NCBI GenBank assembly: GCA_965178125.1
Contig: OZ237755.1
Span: 682,001 to 746,000 of the forward strand
Source of the DNA: Bilabrum cf. latius
Lineage: Eukaryota
Reading direction: 5' to 3'
DNA: 64,000 nucleotides
Each line of letters begins with the position of its first letter. The stretch's first letter is position 1. The translations under genes were made by a program, and so were the position numbers. Under the pieces are notes generated by a model. It had not been told where the DNA came from, ran no database searches, and was given only the letters and a program-made list of their open reading frames with translations. Shown here piece by piece: positions 38,467 to 50,349 of this stretch.

Positions 38467-41400
38467 ATGGATAGCCCCGCTAGGAGCACCCGATCAAATG
38501 CTACACTGGGATCGAGACAAGTTGCTTCAACGGCTGCTGATGAACTAGCCCAGATGCCCGAGCTGACGCGACTCTATTCGGAGGAAGAGCTGCGCATCCT
38601 TGGTGAAATTGTTCAATACGCGAACTAGGCATCTGGAGCGTCGGACTCTCCCATGCGCGGGACACGCGGAGCGGCGCCTTCGCTCATTGATGTGCTTAAG
38701 GCGTATGATGCGGTGCTTCGTCGCGAGGGTGTGGACGCTGATAGCGACACATTCTTCTACAGGACAATATTGCGTATGAGCTTGGATCCGAGTGCAGACT
38801 GGTGGACCAAACTTGAAAACGAACGACGTGTGAGCGCAGAAGTGGAGCAAGCTACCCAATTCGACTTGCCGCTCATAACCTGATTTCATCGGATTTATGT
38901 CAACTTGAAGCCCCATTTCCTTACGTGTTCTGTCATTTTAAACTTTGAGCGCAGGAAAATGAGCAGGAGTTCGCAGCACAGATCGTGGCAGCCTCGAGAG
39001 CCTCCCCCGGCGGAATGTCAGTGCGCAGCGTCGCTTCCAATGCGCGGAGAGGACATCCCAGAAACGACCCCTGGAGCAGCTCGAGACCCAAATCTTCAAC
39101 CGCTGCTGAAGTGTCCTCGCGACCCGGTGCGGCCGCACGCGGAGACGGCGGGGTGCTGGGCGACAGCCTCCGCCGATGGATGGACCACACAGGCGTAGAG
39201 GCGGCCAGGAGGGACAGGGGCAGCAGCGGCGACTTCCGTACGCGAGTGGGCAACGGAGCACGACTAGAGCGCAGACTATCCGGCGTCGGAGGCGTCCCGC
39301 GCACGCTGGCGGATCCACCCCCGCCGCCGCCGCCTCGCGCTGGCGAACCAGGGAGGAACGTTCGATATGTAGACCCGCAGACCCCAGCGCGGGGGAGTGG
39401 TGTCCCCCGTGACGGCCTCGGCGCTAGCCTAGCCTCCCGAGGGGACGCCCTGGGCGCAGATGCTCTCCGTGCCCCCGGGGAGCCACGGGCACCGCCTGCT
39501 TCTTCCTCTTCCTCTTCCGCCAGTCCGGAGCAGAGGTCCAGCTCGCCCTACCGCCCTTCTTCGTCGCCGTCACCGCCACCGCCGTCATCCTCGGCCAGGA
39601 TGCCAGGACACGGCCAGGAGGCGGGTTCGGCGCACAGCCGCCGCAGCGGATTCGGTGTGCAAGAGGAGGACGACGAGGATTACGGAGGTAGGCGGTCCTG
39701 GCGCGGATCCGGAGCCGAAAGGACCGGGGGAACAAGATCGAGCGATCTGCGCGCGGGTGGCAGCCCGACGTACGACGGACTTGCCATGGTCCGCGGAGAC
39801 AGGGGCAGGGACACCAACGGGCGAAGGAGCAGCGAAGGAGGGAATGGCAGCGGCACCCGCGCTAGCTCTGCGGGGCTCGGCAGAGATGTCTATGGAGTCG
39901 AAGGTGAAGATGGAAACGATGCCCAGCACGACGGGGCGCTTGCAGGTGGTGATGACGACGACGACCAGGCGCTGGTGGACGGCGGCCGCTGGCAGGACCC
40001 CGCCAGCTTCCTCGAGTTTCGGCTGATGGCCGTGGTGTTCCGGTCGTGGGCCAAATGGCTGCTCCACAGGAAGCTTTCTCAGGACGGCGACTACCAGAGG
40101 GAACAAAGGCTGAGGCAGCAGCTCCTCGTTGCGTCGGTACGGCACGAGTCCAGGCTCATGGAGGTTGCGTTCGGCGTGTGGAGGAGACAGGCTCTCGAGT
40201 CGCGAGCGCTGCGGAGGAGGATGGGCGACCTGACTGGAGTGTGGAGACGGCGCCGCCGGCGAGACGCCTTCTACGCCTGGAGGGAGGCCGTCCTCGACGC
40301 AAGGGCAGTGCCCATTCGAACCAGGATGCAGGCGTGGGTGATGTTCAAGTGGATTTCCAGGTCGCTGCCTGACAGGGGCGAGGCATGGACGGGCAACCAG
40401 CTCGACCGGCTGCTCGCTAGACTGGAGGGAGGCCCGGGGGCAGCGGCGGCGCGCCGACTGGCCAATGGGTCGCCGCGCGCGGGAGGAGGTGCCGCCAGCG
40501 GGGCGGGTGCCATGGTGCCCGTGTCCGGCGGGGGCGCAGCGGCGGCGGGAGACACAGAGCGGCTATCGCAAGACATGAGGACGCTCACCGCAGGTGGTGG
40601 CAGGGCGGTGCACGTGCTGGCGAGCGCAGCGTCAGACTGGATCTCGCCGGATGCGCCTCGGGCGGCCACGGACCGCACCACCGACGCCGCCTCGCTCGCC
40701 GCTCAGATCGCGGCGGCCACGCGGCGCAGGGGTGACTTCCGCACCCTCTCGGCGCCTAGGCTTAGAAGGCTACGGCGCTACCTGCTGAGTCGGGTGCCGG
40801 TGAGGCCAAATAGGCTGGTTCTCTTGGAGAGCGCAACGGCTCGCGTCGATGCGCATTATCTGCTCGGTGTGTTTGCGGCACTGAAGCAGCAGGCCAGGGC
40901 GAACAAAGCCGCTAGGCGACGGCGGTTGGTGGAGACGGGCCGTTCGGCTCTGAGGACCTGGCGCGTCCACGCAGCGATGATCGCCGCACTTCGAGAGCGG
41001 ATGGTCCAATCGGGCGAGAAGCAGAATCAGAGACTCACCCAGCGCGTGTTCCGTCGCTGGCACAAGGCTGCCGATCTGGGCCGAAGGGAGCGGATCCACG
41101 ACCAGGTGGCCCAGAGGAGGAGCAAGCTGAGGGTGTGGGCCAGCTGGCGCCGGGCCTTCGTCACGAGGCGCGCGGCTAAGGCCAGCTTCGGCAGGATGTT
41201 TGTGCTCAGGTTTTTCCGGAAGTGGGCGGATCAGGCGCGGGAGGGCGCGAAGGTCAGGCGGGCTGTGCAGCGCTGGCACCGCGCCTCTCTGTTCAAGGCA
41301 TGGGGCAGATGGTCCCAATTCCACGCGGCTCGATCGGCCGCCATGCACGACGCCTCTGAGCAGACCAAGGCCCTGGACTCGAACAGCAGGAAGCAACGGG

Positions 41401-44400
41401 CTTGGCAGGCGTGGGCGAGGGCCCTGCACCAGCAGGAGGTGGTGCGGCGGTGCGTGCAAGCCATCCGCATGCGGTCGGCGGCTGGGGCGTTTCGCACCTG
41501 GAAGGCACGCGCGGGGCGCATGGCCGAGTTGCGTCGTCTGGAGATCGTGGTGGCCGAAGAGGTGCGCTGCGCTCACCTGAGGACGAGGACCTGGTCGTCT
41601 TGGAAGGATGCACTCGCTCGCCTTCGTGCTGGCCGGAAGGCCATGGCGTTCTGGCAGCGCGGGACCGTCGCTCGGTGCTTTGGCGCACTGAAGAAATCCG
41701 TGCGCGACACGAAGCGAGCGGCCGAGAAGATGCGGCCGTTCCTACTTCGTGTGCAGAACCGCGTGGCCGCGACCGCATTCGCGACGTGGGTGCACCGCGT
41801 GCAGGAGGCCCAGGACCTCAGAGAGAAGCAGAGGCGAGCCTTCGCGATCTGGACGCAGGGCACACTAGTGCGTACGTTCAGGGCGTGGGCAGGCATGGCC
41901 AGGACCAAGAAGGCGGGCAAGATGATGGCGGACCGCGTGCTCCGCGCGTGGAGGATGCAGACAGCAGCGCGGTGCTTCCGAAGCTGGGCTGCGCACACCG
42001 CCGAGGCGGTTTCGATGCGCGATAGGATGCATACCGTGGCGCGGCAGCTCCTTCACATGCGTACTGGGAGGGCAGTGCGCGCCTGGCGGGAGTGGTCCGC
42101 GGAGCGGGTCGCGGGCCGCGAGGCCATGCGCCGCGCAGTGGTCCGGTTCCGCAACGTAAACACCGTTCGCGCCCTCAACCAGTGGCACGCCTGGGCCAGC
42201 GAGAGAGCCGAATCGAAGCGCAAGGCTAAGCACGCCTTGGCCAGGCTGCTCATGTCCAGGCAAGCCCACGCCGTGTCGCACTGGAGGCAGTGGGCCGCCG
42301 GCATTAGGGAACACAAAGCGATCATGGGAAAGGCGCTGCATCGGATGAGGCACGCTGGCCTCGTGCGCGGCATCACCCAGTGGCGGCAGTGGGTGCAGTC
42401 GAGGAACCAGATGCGGGAGAACATGCGGCTTGTGGTGATCCGAATGCAGCACGCAAGGGCCGGGGCCGGGCTGCGCGCCTGGATGGAATGGACCAGGGCC
42501 AGGCAGCATAAGCGTGAGTCCATGCAGCGCGTGGCGCAGCGGCTGAGCAAGCACCGAGAGGTTTGGGGGCTCTCCCGTTGGGTGCAATTCGTGCAGAGGC
42601 GCAGGCACGCTCGAGAGGTCATGGAGCGGTCGGTGCGCCGGATGCTGTTCGTCCAGGGTGCACAGGCAATCCAGCGGTGGAGAGAGTGGATGGATGAGCG
42701 GAACGATGCAAGGCAGCGCCTGTCCATCTGCGTGGCTCGCATGAAGAACGCGCGGTCTGGCGCTGCCCTCCGCTCCTGGGCCGGCTGGGCGCAGGCTCGA
42801 GGTGAGAACCGTAGGCTGATGCAGGCGTGCGTGACGAGGATGAAGAACCACCGGAGGAGCTCGGCGCTCCGCACCTGGGTCGGTTTCGTGCAGCGGAGGA
42901 ACGTCGCGAGGGAGCTCGGGAGACGTGCTGTGCGACGCATGCAGATGGTCAGCTGTGCCCGGGCGGTCGACACGTGGACGGACTGGCTGAGGTGCCGCAC
43001 CGAGGCAAAGCAGCGAATGCGAGCGGTGATCAGGCGGATGCAGAAGGGCAGCGCGGTCCGCGCCCTCACTCGCTGGCGCAGGAACACGCAGCACAGGCGG
43101 TCCGAAAGGGCGCTGCTGCAGGGCGTCGTGAGGAGGCTCAGGGGGTCGAGGCAGGGCAAGGCTCTGCGCACCTGGAGAGACTGGGCAAGCGACCGGGTAG
43201 AGACAAGGGACCGAGTTAGGCTGGTGGTTGTCAGGCTGCAGAGATCGCGAGAAGCGTCTGCCGTGAGGGCGTGGCACGACTGGGCAGAGGAACGTGTTGT
43301 CAATAGGAATGCGCTGCGTCGTGCGGTGTCTCGGTTCACCCAGGTGACCAGCAGCAGGGCTTTCTACACCTGGCGCGTGAATGCGTCGGAGCAGAGGTGG
43401 GAGCGGGAGTCGATGCGCAAGGCGCTCTCGTGGCTCACTGGCGGGTCCAAGAGGAAGAGTTTCTCAGTGTGGAAGCGCAACGTACGCACGATCCGAAGGG
43501 AGCGAGCGATGCTGGACCGGGCCGTCCGTGGCATGCAAAATGCCAAGGCAAAGTCTGCCATCAACAAGTGGCGCGAGTGGACGGGCGAGCGCCTGCACAC
43601 GCACGATGTCATGGCCGCCGCAGCGCGCGTGTTTAGAAACAGAGGGGAGAAGCGTGCCATCAACCAGTGGCGCGAATGGGTTGCAACCCGGGCTTACAAC
43701 CGCGGTGTGATCCATCGCGCGGCGGCTCGGTTGCGGAACCGAGCGATGACGTCGGCATTCTTCGGATGGCGGGAAGCTGCGTCACAGCAGTCGCTGGGAC
43801 GGCTGCGGATGACGGCATGCATTGAGAGGCTCCTGCAGAGCAAGACGCGAGCTGCGTTCGAGCAGTGGTTGGCTGTGCGCGATGAGAGCCGTGAGGACGA
43901 GCGCAAGATGAAGTATGCCATCACGCGGATGCAGAACAGGGGCCTCGCAGGAGCCGTCGATACGTGGCGGGGCTGGGCAACAGACCGCGTGCGAATCAGG
44001 GCCGCTGGGCAGCGGGTTCTGCTCCGCTGGCAGCAGTCCAGCACCGTGCGCGCCCTGAACCAGTGGTCCTCATGGACGGCGGACAGGCTGCAGAGGAGGG
44101 AAGCGATGCGCCGCACGGTGGCGATCATGAGGCAGTCGGGCACCAGCCGCGCCATCCGGCAGTGGCGCGACTGGATGGAAGAGAGGGCGAGGCAGAAGGA
44201 GCTGATGAGGCAGTGCATGGTCCGCCTGCAGCACTCTGGGCTGGCTCGGGGCCTCCGCAAGTGGCGCGACTGGTGTGACGAGCGCGCTGCCAGCCGCCAG
44301 CGAATGCGGGCGGTGCTGCTGCACTGGCGCGGGCAGCGCATGGCCAGGGCGCTTGCTAAGCTGCGTGAGAATGCGGCACAGAGGCAGCTGGGCCGGCTGC

Positions 44401-47400
44401 AGATCCAGAGCGCGATGGCCATCTGGAGGAACTCCCAGGCTGGTGCAGCGTTCAGGGCCTGGCGCCAGAATGCAGACGAGCAGCGGCGCGAGCGAGAGAT
44501 CACGCAGAAGGCCATGCGGCTGTGGGAGCTGCGGACCGCTGCGGCTGCCTTCCGCGCGTGGAGAGACAACGCGTACGCACAGGCCGAGAATCGGGCCCTG
44601 GTGCAGCGTGCGGCCGCGAAGTTTGCCCACGCGCTCGAAGCCAAGGCCTTCAACCGGTGGAGGGTGTCAGCCCAGCAGAGGATGCAGGCGCGCAGGGTGC
44701 TCCACGGGTGGATTGAGAGAACAAAGTACCAGGCGTGGCGGCAGTGGGTGGCGGCGACCAGGCATGCGATCAGCGAGGAGCAGCAGCAGAGGGAGATGGC
44801 TGCACGCGCTCTCGGATTCTGGACGAAGGGCACGGCCCGCCGCGTGTTTGACCGATGGAGAGGGCACACCGACTGGCTGGCGTCTCTGCGCGAGCGTGCT
44901 ACGATTCTGCAATCCAAGGCCGCCGAGTGGAGGCTCCGGGGTGCGTTGAAGCAGTGGCACAACGGGCTGGTTGCGGTGGACTACAATCGCAGGAGGCTGG
45001 CCAACGCCGCGATGCAGGAATGGAAGGCAGCGGCGCGGATGGGTCGCTAGGAGAAGGCTCAGGTGAACAGCTTCGACCGCAGGGTGGACAGCGCGGGGAG
45101 GTTTGAGGCCGTGCAGTCGGCAGTCACGCGCATCGCCAAGAGGCCCATGGGAAAGGCTTGGAACTCGCTGGTACTGCACGCCAGACAGAGGCGCTTCCAG
45201 AGGCTCTAGGTGGTGATGGCACTGACACACTTCAAGAGGAACGTTCTTTGGAGGTCGCTCAGGCAGTGGGACGCTGGTGTCAGGGTGCAAAAATCTGAGC
45301 GGGCAGCTACGACGTACTACCAGTACGGCCTCAAGGCCAGGGTGCTTGATGCTTGGGGCGAGACAGCGGCCACCATCCGAGTGCAAAGGCACAAGATGGC
45401 CAGACTGGCCGCGGTCGCGCTGGCACACCGCACCGAGAGAAGTCTTGGCTCCCATTTCCGCGGCTGGGCCGCGTACGTTGGCTGGCGCAAGCAGCTGAGG
45501 CTCCGGCTGTCTGCTTTCCTGTCCAAGCAGCGCTCTTCGGACCTGCAGTCTTCCTTTGAGGCGTGGGCGCACGAGGCCAGGAGGAGGAAGAGGCTGCGCG
45601 CCGCCGTCACGGGCTTCGTGTCGAGGACGACCAAGGGCAGGCTGCAGGCCGCGATCGGGGACTGGCGTGCGTGGACCGCCCGCACTGCGTGGGCTCGTAA
45701 GGCCGCACGGCGGTTCTTTGTGGGGTCCACCACGGTGCGAGCCTTCTAGGCTTGGGCTGCCTTCAGGGCGCAGAAGCAGAGGATGCGCTCGATCGAGGAG
45801 CAGGCCAGCGTGATGAGGGCCCGCATCCACGGGAGGCTGCTCAAGACTGTGCTCGCACAGTGGAGCAGGGCAGTGCGCATGGAAAAGGCGGCGGGCGCCC
45901 TCCGCAGGCGCTTCCTCCAGTCTAACCTGAAGCCCGCGGTATTCCGCCAGTGGCGCGACGGCTTCCGGATGCGCAAGTTCTAGAACAGCTAGGTGGCCAA
46001 GATGATGATGATGCGGGCCATGACGGGCAAGCGCAGGGTGTTCGAGACTTGGAGGGAGGCTTGGATCGAGGGGAGGAGGGTCAAGGGCATCGCCACCACG
46101 GTGTTCCAGCGCTGGAGGCACAGGAACGAGTCCAGGGCCATCCACAGCTGGAGGGAGTGGGCCGCCAACCGGATTCGAACCCGGGAGGTGGGTACGGCCG
46201 CGGCAATCCGGATCGCCAATGCCAGGCAGGTGTCCGCTGTGGCCAGGTGGCGGGAGTGGGCGGGCGAGCGCGCGAGGCTCCGCCGCGCCGGGATGATCGT
46301 GGCCACTCGATTCCGTCGGCAGAAGGAGGTCGGCGCGCTGTCGCAGTGGCGGTCCTGGGCGGCTGCACGCGTGGAAGGCCGCGCAAAGCTGAGGGCCGCG
46401 GGCGCGCGCATGCGGATGCTGGGTGAGTCGCGGGCGCTGCGTCGGTGGTGCGAGTGGATCGGGGCCAGGAGGCAGGCCCGTGATGACCTGCGTCAGGTGC
46501 TTGCCAAGGTGCAGCTGTCTCGCGAGGCAGCCGCGCTCCGCACGTGGATGCAGTGGACGGGCGACCGCGCTGCGGCGCGAAAGTCCATGGCGAGAGCAGT
46601 GCACCTGATGCGGAACTCTGGGCTGGCGCGCGGCCTCAGGCAGTGGCGGTCGTGGACGAGTCAGACTATCCGCAACAGGTAGCTCCTTATGAAGGCGACG
46701 GGCGCGTTCCGCCTGCAGTCCTGCAAGCTGGCCATCAATCGATGGAGAGAGCTGTGCGCTCGGCAGCAGACAGCAAGGGACATCGCTGCCAGGGCCGTGC
46801 TGCGTTGGACCCAGGCTTCCATGGCGCGCTGCTTTGCCGGCTGGAAGGCGAATGCCACAGAGCAGAGGGATGCGAGGGCACGAGCCGCCGAGATGTTCCG
46901 CAGGAGGATGGTGCGGGATACGCGCACCTTTTTCGGGGCGTGGCGCGACACGGCGCAGGAGATCCGGTTGAACCGAATCGCAGACCACACGAGGGCGAGG
47001 ATCGTGTTTGGTCGCGCGGTGGGCACCTGGAAATCTTTCTGGCAGGAGCGCAAGGCGATGAGGAAAGCCGTCCTCCGGCTGACCCACATCAAGCAGGCCC
47101 GGGCTCTCGACGAGTGGAAGCGATTCCTGGTATTGCGACGGGTGGGTCGCCTGGCCTTCGGGCGCAAGCAAGAGCTGAAGAAGAGGATGTTCCGGAGACT
47201 CGCCGCCGCTGTCAAGGAGCAGAAGCGCGTGCGCCGAGTGACCAAGTCGGCGCTTCAGCTCTTCAAGAACAGGACCCTCGCGAGCTCGTGGCAGAAGTGG
47301 AAGGCCTTCATGAAGGTTCGCAAGGCTCTGAACGCGTTCTTCGACACGCGAATGGACCGTCTCAAATCGGACTGCTTCCGCAGGTGGCTGCTGGGTGCGG

Positions 47401-50228
47401 CAGAGTCCAGGCGGCTCAGGATCGCCTCGGAGCGAGTCAAGGACGCCCTTGGCGTGCTGGGCAAGCGGCGCGCCTGGGACGCGTGGCGCGCGGCGTACCA
47501 GCAGAGGCAGATCGAGCAGAAGCAGAGGATGCGGCGCTGCTTCGCTGGTATCCGAGCTTACGCGCGCAGGAGGCAGCTCCAGGCTCATAGGCTCTGGCTG
47601 GCACGTGCCCAGATGCTCAAGAACACCGCGCTTAGGGTACTCCTTGCATGGCGAGGGCACGTCATCGACGCGAAGAGGCTACGCATTAGCAGGATTCAGG
47701 AGCAGCAGCTGAGGATCAAGCTTCAGAGGCGCGAGATGCGCCGCCGACTTGGACTCATGGGCCGCGTGATGCAGCAGTGGCGCGCCGTCGTGATCAGGGA
47801 GAGGCACCTTGGCCACATCGCCAAGAAGCTGCAGAGGTGCTTTGGCGGGCCGCTCCGTAACGCCTTTGATCGCATCCGCCAGGACGCAGAAGACAGCAAG
47901 GCGGAGAAGAGAAGCATGCGCAAGGCGGCGCAGACGTTCCGACGCAGGGGCGAGAGCAAGGCGATGAATCGCTGGCGGCAGTTCGCTGCGGGGCGGGCCC
48001 GGAGGAGGGAAGCCATGCGGGCCGTGGCAGCCAGGGCTGCGAACCTGCAAGCATACCGCGCCCTGAGGCAGTGGAGGACCGCCGCCTCAAATGCCACGGC
48101 AAAGCGGGCCGCCCTTCGGCAGAGCGCTGCAGCTGTGGTGGAGGGCCGGCGGCACAAGATCTTCTCGAGGTGGTTCCTTGCCGTCAGACGCAAGCGCGCG
48201 GCTGCTGCGGCCCTGCGGATGTGGTCCGGTGGCAAGCTAGCGGCTGGCTTCGCCCGCTGGAGACGGTTCTACCAGGGTGATAGGGCGGCCGAGATGCGCT
48301 CGGCGGCTCTTCGGTTGCAGTGCAAGCGTGCCTTTGAAGTGTGGAGGGAGAACGCGGAGCACCAGGGCAAGGTGCGTCGGGCGCTTGAGGCGTTCTCTGG
48401 CCGGCGATCAAAGCACTGGCTGGGGCAGCACCTGCGAGCGTGGCAGAATGTTTCCCTTGCCCAGATCTTTCACCGAAACAAGCTGGCCGTGAAGTCCTTC
48501 CGGGGATGGTCGCGGCTGAGCGAAGGTAGCGGTGAGCGAAGCAAGGAGGCCCTAGAGCGCGCCGTCAGTCTGTGGACAGGCAGCACAATGAGGAGGTCAT
48601 TCGCTCAATGGGCGCATGAGGTCAAGTCGAGGCGCAGTCACAAGCAGAAGGCTGCTTCCGCACTTGTCCGGGCGTTCTCCCCCATGCTAGTGCGGGCGGA
48701 GCGGAAGGCTTTCCGTAAGTGGGGTACTGCCGTGCGCCAGCGAGCAGCGCTGGAGAGGTTCATGCACAGTTAGCCGAGGCTCCAGCTCAAGAGGACGGTC
48801 CGGTGGATGGCCAAGTGGACAAGGGAGCGACAACGCAGAAGGCGGTTGATGGAGCGAGCCAGGCAGTGGCACTACCACAGCCATGTGTCGTCCGTGTTCA
48901 ATCGGTGGTCCGGGCTTGTCATGGCGGGGCGGCGCAGCCGGCCATCGTCTGCCGGTGGTGGACGCAGAGTGGGAGGCAGGCGCGGCAGCATCTTTGACCT
49001 CGGCGTCGGCGGGCTGTCTGGGTCGCGAGCTGGGCGCGCTAGCGATGCGCTTCGGGGTGACAGGGTGAGTCGCACGATCGAGGACAAGCTTGAGGAGGTG
49101 ATCGAGTCGATGGGGAGGTCGCGCAGCAGCGGCGCTAGTAGTGTCGCTTCCGGTGGCCGGCGGCTGACGCCTGGTGAGGCGCTGATCGACCGCGACTTGG
49201 AAGATGATGAGGCTCGTGCGGAGCACGATCTCCTCGCTAGGGCACGGGAGCGCGCCCAGAGCGGCGTGCGAGGCGGCAGTATCGGCGGTAGAAGGAGAAG
49301 GCGTGGTGGTGACAGCAGCGCTGCAACGAGTGTCGCCATGGCATTCGAGGAAGAAGCCATGCGGCGCGCCGGGCTGCCTCTCAAGCCACCCAGGGGCTGG
49401 ACAGGTCGAGGCAGCCCGGGTGCTGGCGCTGGTGCTGGGGCTGGCATGGGCGACGACCGCGACAGCCACCCCGCTCTGTCGCCGTCCCAGTGGCACGACT
49501 CGCGCGAGACGTCGCCTCACCTCGAGAACCTGTCGCCCGAGGACGTGGTGACACGCAGGGCGGCGAGGGTGCTGGCTTCCCGCCCACCAGCGGGCCCTAG
49601 CTTGGGAAGAGGCGGCAATGGGCGCCCGCCTGCGCGCCTGCCCGTCCCTAGCAGCTTCGGTGTAGACGCTGCCGAGCGGACCAGGCGTGGCTCGCGCGGC
49701 TCCGCTTCCCTTCACGGGGACTCCTCGGCCCGCAGATACGCACATGGCGGAGGGGCTCCCGTGGGTTACGGAAGCCCCTAGGATGCTGCGCCGATGCGCC
49801 GCCCCAGCGTGGGATCGAGAGCCAGCAGCGGCGGAGCGAGCAGTGGCCTGTTCGACGACGATGAGGACGAGGCTGATGCGCTTTACACGGCGCGGGCTCG
49901 CCGTGAGGCGCAGGAACAGGGCAGGGCAGACTATTTCGAGAGGGTTGCCAGCAAGGCTCTCTCGCCGCCCAGTGGACCGAGGTCGGGTGCAAGGGCGCGC
50001 CGGGCCATGCAAAGGCAGAGGGAGCTGGCGATTCGTCGCGCCGAGGAGGAGGCACGGGCACAAGAGGCGGTTGCTGGTCGATCCGAGGAGGTGCAGAGGG
50101 CTTTTCGCGGCGCGGTGGGAGCCACGGCGACCTATGGTGGCGGGGAGGCCACGGGACTTGGAAGGGGTCTGAGTGCCAGCGCTCTGGCCACTGGTCGGAG
50201 GTCTTCCAGGGGCAGCGACCGGCTTTGA
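38467..50228 (+). CDS. SFI1: Giant Sfi1-family centrin-binding protein, ~3,878 aa, exons 38467-38829 and 38955-50228
   Basis: N-terminal LKAYDAVLRREGVDADSDTFFYRTILRM resembles the Sfi1 N-terminal motif. A very long Arg/Ala/Trp helical region carries (A/F/L)xxW(R/K) repeats, 33 aa apart where measured (~42080-42290). The frame continues through 9 TAGs (38626, 45048, 45207, 45747, 45981, 45990, 46680, 48771, 49779) to TGA 50226. Confidence 0.85.
38830..38954 (+). other. Intron of the SFI1-like gene (125 nt)
   Basis: GTGAGC donor, GCGCAG acceptor, phase 0, AT-richer than the exons. Links ORF 38653-38883 to the 38985 frame. Confidence 0.8.
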
Positions 50229-50349
50229 CTTTGCTTTCAACTTGAGTACAAAAATGGTTACACACGAATCTTATTGCATGCTCTGTTCGTTCTAGTCAAT
50301 CTTTTGCCGAGAGCCAAGGTGACCAGCACTCACAGTGTCCTCTGCCTTG

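Noticed and set aside
44667-47660. 997-aa antisense ORF and other long minus-strand ORFs opposite SFI1 (41865-43277, 42053-43339, 43694-44962, 48687-50240)
   Set aside because: Shadow ORFs of a GC-rich, codon-biased sense gene; Pro/Arg/His-rich with no domain features.
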